64,000 nucleotides of DNA from Desulfobacterales bacterium. Its GTDB lineage: Bacteria; Desulfobacterota; Desulfobacteria; Desulfobacterales; UBA5616. How positions within the stretch are numbered: the first letter of the stretch is position 1; each line of letters begins with the position of its first letter. A model generated the notes under the pieces. The model was given only the letters and a program-made list of their open reading frames with translations. It made no database searches and was not told the origin of the DNA. The stretch spans positions 55,892 through 119,891 of the forward strand of contig JAWODC010000064.1 of NCBI GenBank assembly GCA_046483495.1. Direction: 5' to 3'. The translations under genes were made by a program, and so were the position numbers. This document shows positions 60,720-64,000 of this stretch, piece by piece.

Positions 60720-60748
60720 TTGACATTGCGATAAGTATCACTTAATTA
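60720..60748 (+). promoter_or_regulatory. Putative sigma70 promoter with overlapping inverted repeat
   Basis: TTGACA-N17-TAATTA; TAAGT-ATC-ACTTA at 60732-60744. Confidence 0.45.
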
Positions 60749-60868
60749 ATTGCATCGTCAAATTCTATGACCCTGTAAACGGTTCAGGCTGACCATTCCC
60801 GCATCTCGGTTTTTTTGTTGTATAAAACCCGCTCTGAACAACCTGTCAGCCCATTAGGAGAAACATTA

Positions 60869-61513
60869 TTGAAAGAAAATTCAATGCCTTATTTTGATGA
60901 GCCAAATGGGGACGAAGAGATGTTCAACAAGGCATCTCTGCCGCCGGGAGGGGTTAAACTCATCGATACGTTGAAAATTCTGCTCAAGGATAAGGAATTC
61001 AACGCCATTACCACGGCAGAAATAGCAAAAATGGCCGGCGTCAATGAAGCCCTGATTTACAAGTATTTCAGGAGCAAACGGGGATTGTTGCACGCGGTTC
61101 AAACCGATTTCACAAATCACTTTTTTAAACATATTGCTTCAAATCTCAAGGGAATACAAGGCGCTTCCAATAAGTTAAAGAAAATCCTGTGGGCGCATAT
61201 CAATTACTATCTCGAAGATCCCGTATTTGCGAGAATTCTCGTTTTGGAGGTCAGAACATACCCGGGCTACTTTAAAAGTGAAAGCTATTACTGGATTAAG
61301 CGATATACCCGTCTGGTGCGTCAAATCATTGAAGAAGGCATCCAAGAACAGGAAATCAGGAGCGATTTGCCCAGTTGGGCGATTATGCAGATCATTATGG
61401 GGGGAATAGAGCACTTGATCATGCCCAACGTTTTGTTTAAACGAGAACTGGATACGGATGAATTGACCGAATATCTATGGGAAGTCATTTTCAAAGGTAT
61501 AAAAAAATCTTGA
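60869..61513 (+). CDS. TetR family regulator
   Basis: ITTAEIAKMAGVNEALIYKYFRSK helix-turn-helix. TTG start after AGGAG; ATG 60884 is an alternative. Confidence 0.9.
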   Translation: MKENSMPYFDEPNGDEEMFNKASLPPGGVKLIDTLKILLKDKEFNAITTAEIAKMAGVNEALIYKYFRSKRGLLHAVQTDFTNHFFKHIASNLKGIQGASNKLKKILWAHINYYLEDPVFARILVLEVRTYPGYFKSESYYWIKRYTRLVRQIIEEGIQEQEIRSDLPSWAIMQIIMGGIEHLIMPNVLFKRELDTDELTEYLWEVIFKGIKKS

Positions 61514-61567
61514 ACCCATTGCGTATAAACATGCCGTTCGCCTGCCGTGCCTTTTTCTGAAATTAAA

Positions 61568-61712
61568 TAGTTCCCATTGGAAATGAGAAAATCCGCTTCA
61601 GTTCAAGGCGGCCTGAAATTTTTAACCGCAGGAATACGATACGTAATTTGAGGATTAGAATTTTCCGGCAAACGCGGAAATGGAGTGGATCAGCCGTTTC
61701 CGGGCGGGCACT
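61568..61712 (+). repeat. Repeat copy F
   Basis: TAGTTCCCATTGGAAATG...TTTTAACCGCAGGAATAC...TTTGAGGATTAG...CGTTTCCGGGCGGGCACT. Confidence 0.85.
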
Positions 61713-61744
61713 CAAATGTATATGATCCTTGTGAGGATAACGAC

Positions 61745-62383
61745 ATGACCGTCAAACAGGTTCTGTTGTCGAAAATGGATGTATTTTGTTATATCATTGG
61801 AGATGACGACACGGGAAAATGCGCCTTGATCGACCCTGCTTTCGATACGGAAACCATATTGGATGAGGTTGATGGTTTTGGATTTCGGGTAGCAGCCGTT
61901 ATCAATACCCACGGGCATTCGGATCACAGCGCCGGAAATTCGGCAATCATAGAGGCTACCGGAGCAAAACTTTACATCCATCAAGCCGATGCCAAAAAGC
62001 TTTCCGGATTGGCAGGCAGTGCCTTTTCCCGGTTGCTGGGCGGCAAGCGATCTCCTGAAGCCAATGTTTTTCTTGAGGATGGCGATACGATACCCATTGG
62101 AAATACGGCATTGAACGTGATTCATACACCCGGACATACACCCGGTGGCATTTGCATCCATATACCGGGCCATGTTTTTACCGGAGATACCCTGTTTGTA
62201 GGCGCTGTGGGTAGAACCGATCTTCCCGGAGGATCTATGAAGCAGCTGTTGGATTCGATTCATCGAAAACTTTACACACTGCCGGGAAATACGCGGGTGT
62301 GGCCCGGTCATGATTATGGCGAGTTTCCTTACTCCACTATCGAAACGGAAAAAAAGACAAACCCTTTTACACTCGGTGACTGA
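61745..62383 (+). CDS. MBL-fold metallo-hydrolase (glyoxalase II family)
   Basis: THGHSDH, HTPGH, FTGDTLF and PGHDY motifs. Confidence 0.92.
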   Translation: MTVKQVLLSKMDVFCYIIGDDDTGKCALIDPAFDTETILDEVDGFGFRVAAVINTHGHSDHSAGNSAIIEATGAKLYIHQADAKKLSGLAGSAFSRLLGGKRSPEANVFLEDGDTIPIGNTALNVIHTPGHTPGGICIHIPGHVFTGDTLFVGAVGRTDLPGGSMKQLLDSIHRKLYTLPGNTRVWPGHDYGEFPYSTIETEKKTNPFTLGD

Positions 62384-62413
62384 CCGGGATGCGATCAGGC
62401 CAATGATATAAAG

Positions 62414-62548
62414 GAGCCCATTCAGGACCGGCTGATTCGCTCTATTTCGATGTGGGCCGAAAAAATTTTTATCCTAAAAAGTATATTTCTGCGGTTAAAA
62501 TACACCGGCCACCCTGGACTCAATCGAATCTCATTTCTGAATGGACAC
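62414..62548 (-). repeat. Repeat copy G
   Basis: Minus strand GTGTCCATTCAGAAATGAG...TTTTAACCGCAGAAATA...TTAGGATAAAA...AATCAGCCGGTCCTGAATGGGCTC. Confidence 0.8.
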
Positions 62549-62575
62549 AAATCAGGAGCATTATCGGTTTACGAC

Positions 62576-62836
62576 ATGAAAGATAAAAACGGCTATTATT
62601 ATTATCCGTTTCCCATGAATAAAAAAGTGCGCATGTATGTCAAACGACATAAAAATGAAATCTTTTTTAGGATGTGGAATCAGGATGACCCTCAACTATG
62701 GGAAGAGCATGGATGGGTTCCCCATGAAGCCATCGAAAAAGCGACCAAGTTATACAAGGGGAAAACTTTTAACCCGCATGAGGCATATGACGTTCGTTTG
62801 GCAAAAGCCCTTCTGGATGGTGCCGTTGACGACTGA
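62576..62836 (+). CDS. Hypothetical protein (86 aa)
   Basis: MKDKNGYYYYPFP.NK.VRMYV...W..HGWVP; the upstream extension in the ORF track is repeat-derived. Confidence 0.7.
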   Translation: MKDKNGYYYYPFPMNKKVRMYVKRHKNEIFFRMWNQDDPQLWEEHGWVPHEAIEKATKLYKGKTFNPHEAYDVRLAKALLDGAVDD

Positions 62837-62972
62837 GCGATTACCTTTACATTTTACCCGTGATAAGATAACGTTGAAAAAAAGCGTTTTTCGGACTGCA
62901 TGGCTTTTGGCGGCTTTGGGGCTGAGCAGATTCGCTCTTTTTTTATGAACCGCGAGCACGTAGAGGCATCCC

Positions 62973-63392
62973 ATGTTCAAACGTATTCTCGTTCCAACCG
63001 ATTTTTCGGAAAAAAGCAAGCATGCTTTTGATATAGCATTGAACATCGCGAGGATGGGTGAGGGAAAAGTGGTACTTTTGCATGTTATAGAAATGATTGC
63101 AGATTCGACTTTCGAGGAATTTGAATCATTTTACACCCGGCTCGAACACAAGGCCGAAAGCTCGATGAATGCATGGATAAAGGCACATCCGTCCGGTGCC
63201 GATTTCGTGGAAAAAGAAATCATATATGGTAACAGGGCCTTAGAGATCGTCAAATTCTCGGAAGACCACGAAATGGACCTTATTGTGTTGAATTCCCACA
63301 AAATCAATGTCGAAGACCCCGGCGGGGGATGGGGAACCATCAGCTACAAGGTCAGCATATTGGCCGACTGCCCGGTGATGCTCGTTAAGTAA
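62973..63392 (+). CDS. Universal stress protein
   Basis: MFKRILVPTDFS, DLIVL and CPVMLVK motifs. Confidence 0.92.
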   Translation: MFKRILVPTDFSEKSKHAFDIALNIARMGEGKVVLLHVIEMIADSTFEEFESFYTRLEHKAESSMNAWIKAHPSGADFVEKEIIYGNRALEIVKFSEDHEMDLIVLNSHKINVEDPGGGWGTISYKVSILADCPVMLVK

Positions 63393-63446
63393 GTAACCCC
63401 GATTTTGAACCCCACGAATAACAGAACCGATGGTTTTTGGATGTTC

Positions 63447-63478
63447 CCGTAGGGGCGAAAAATTTTTCGCCCCTGCGG
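63447..63478. repeat. GTAG-type REP-like palindrome
   Basis: CCGTAGGGGCGAAAAATTTTTCGCCCCTGCGG. Confidence 0.7.
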
Positions 63479-63571
63479 AAACATTCGAAACTGAATCGAG
63501 ATGGCTCATTTCAATGGACGCCGCGTATAGGTCTGATTGGGATTGGAAAGCCGTTTCGGTACCGCGCAAAT

Positions 63572-63774
63572 TTATTGAGATTCTGAACGGAACAAATCTC
63601 TTCTTCGATTCGGCAGAAAATAATGCATCCTGTTTTTTCTGACCGATGACAAATCATCTTTTTTTAAATCAACCACCAGCATTCCTTCCCCATTGCAAAA
63701 TTTTTCACTGAGAAGTTGTCCGGATGGAGCGATGACCATGGCCAGACCGGGGAACACCAGTCCACTGCCGTTCT
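63572..63774 (-). pseudogene. 3' fragment of a carbon-nitrogen hydrolase (nitrilase family)
   Basis: NGSGLVFPGLAMVIAPSG...EGMLVVDL....L..VR...M.YFL..RR resembles a CN-hydrolase C-terminus; in-frame TGA just upstream and no N-terminal part. Confidence 0.6.
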
Positions 63775-64000
63775 GCTCATTATCCAATCACTTCTTACTG
63801 GAACTTGGAGAAAGCCATTGTTTTTCTCAAAATTGCAAAATGGTCGGGCGCCAAAACACTCGGGCATCTTCATGGAGGCTCCTTTGATGTATTCTGGACG
63901 AATCTCTCTGCAAGGAGAAAGGCGTTTGCCCAAAAAGAATTGAACAAGCTTGATGCCCTGATTGTGCTCAGCGATTACTGGAGGTACTGGGTCTGCGAAC
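63775..64000 (+). pseudogene. 5'-truncated internal fragment of a GT4-like glycosyltransferase
   Basis: AHYPITSYWNLEK...KTLGHLHGGSFDVFW...LDALIVLSDYW; upstream in-frame TGA at 63733 and no start codon in between. Confidence 0.55.

Noticed and set aside
13961..62548. Dispersed repeats as a CRISPR array or tRNA/rRNA
   Set aside because: Copies are scattered, ~145 bp long and not spacer-separated; no cas genes and no cloverleaf.
62450..62575. N-terminal extensions in the ORF track (62450, 61685, 53105, 53607)
   Set aside because: They overlap repeat elements; downstream ATGs give the conserved starts.

Overview
Chromosomal segment of a sulfate-reducing deltaproteobacterium (Desulfobacterales-like, inferred from dsrT-dsrMKJOP, hdrA/mvhD/metVF clusters and gene style). 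No rRNA, tRNA, CRISPR array, prophage or transposase gene was recognised. 1-21 kb: anaerobic organic-acid/CoA catabolic genes (FAD oxidoreductase with two CCG Fe-S proteins, an LvaC-like acyl-CoA dehydrogenase with an LvaA-LvaB-like fused kinase, orphan cbiQO, menA, crotonase, tandem class III CoA transferases, Lin0512-family protein, Zn dehydrogenase, CoA ligase). 22.7-41.8 kb: two convergent MetV-MetF/HdrA-MvhD modules around a signalling island. One module has no in-frame UGA. In the other, HdrA(L) and MvhD are split in the ORF track by in-frame UGA codons followed by SECIS-like hairpins, and it is preceded by a third, divergent MetF. 46-52 kb: dsrTMKJOP and fdhD. 53-60 kb: rplU-rpmA-obgE-proB-proA-nadD-rsfS-gpmI. 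The main unannotated signal is a family of ~145-bp rod-like intergenic repeats (7 near-complete copies plus several fragments) with a conserved core (AACCGCAGG...TTGAGGA) whose stems covary, carried between two different terminal inverted repeats. Near 63,775 two 5'-truncated genes on opposite strands meet, probably an assembly or contig junction. All family assignments come from motif recognition by eye, not from database searches.
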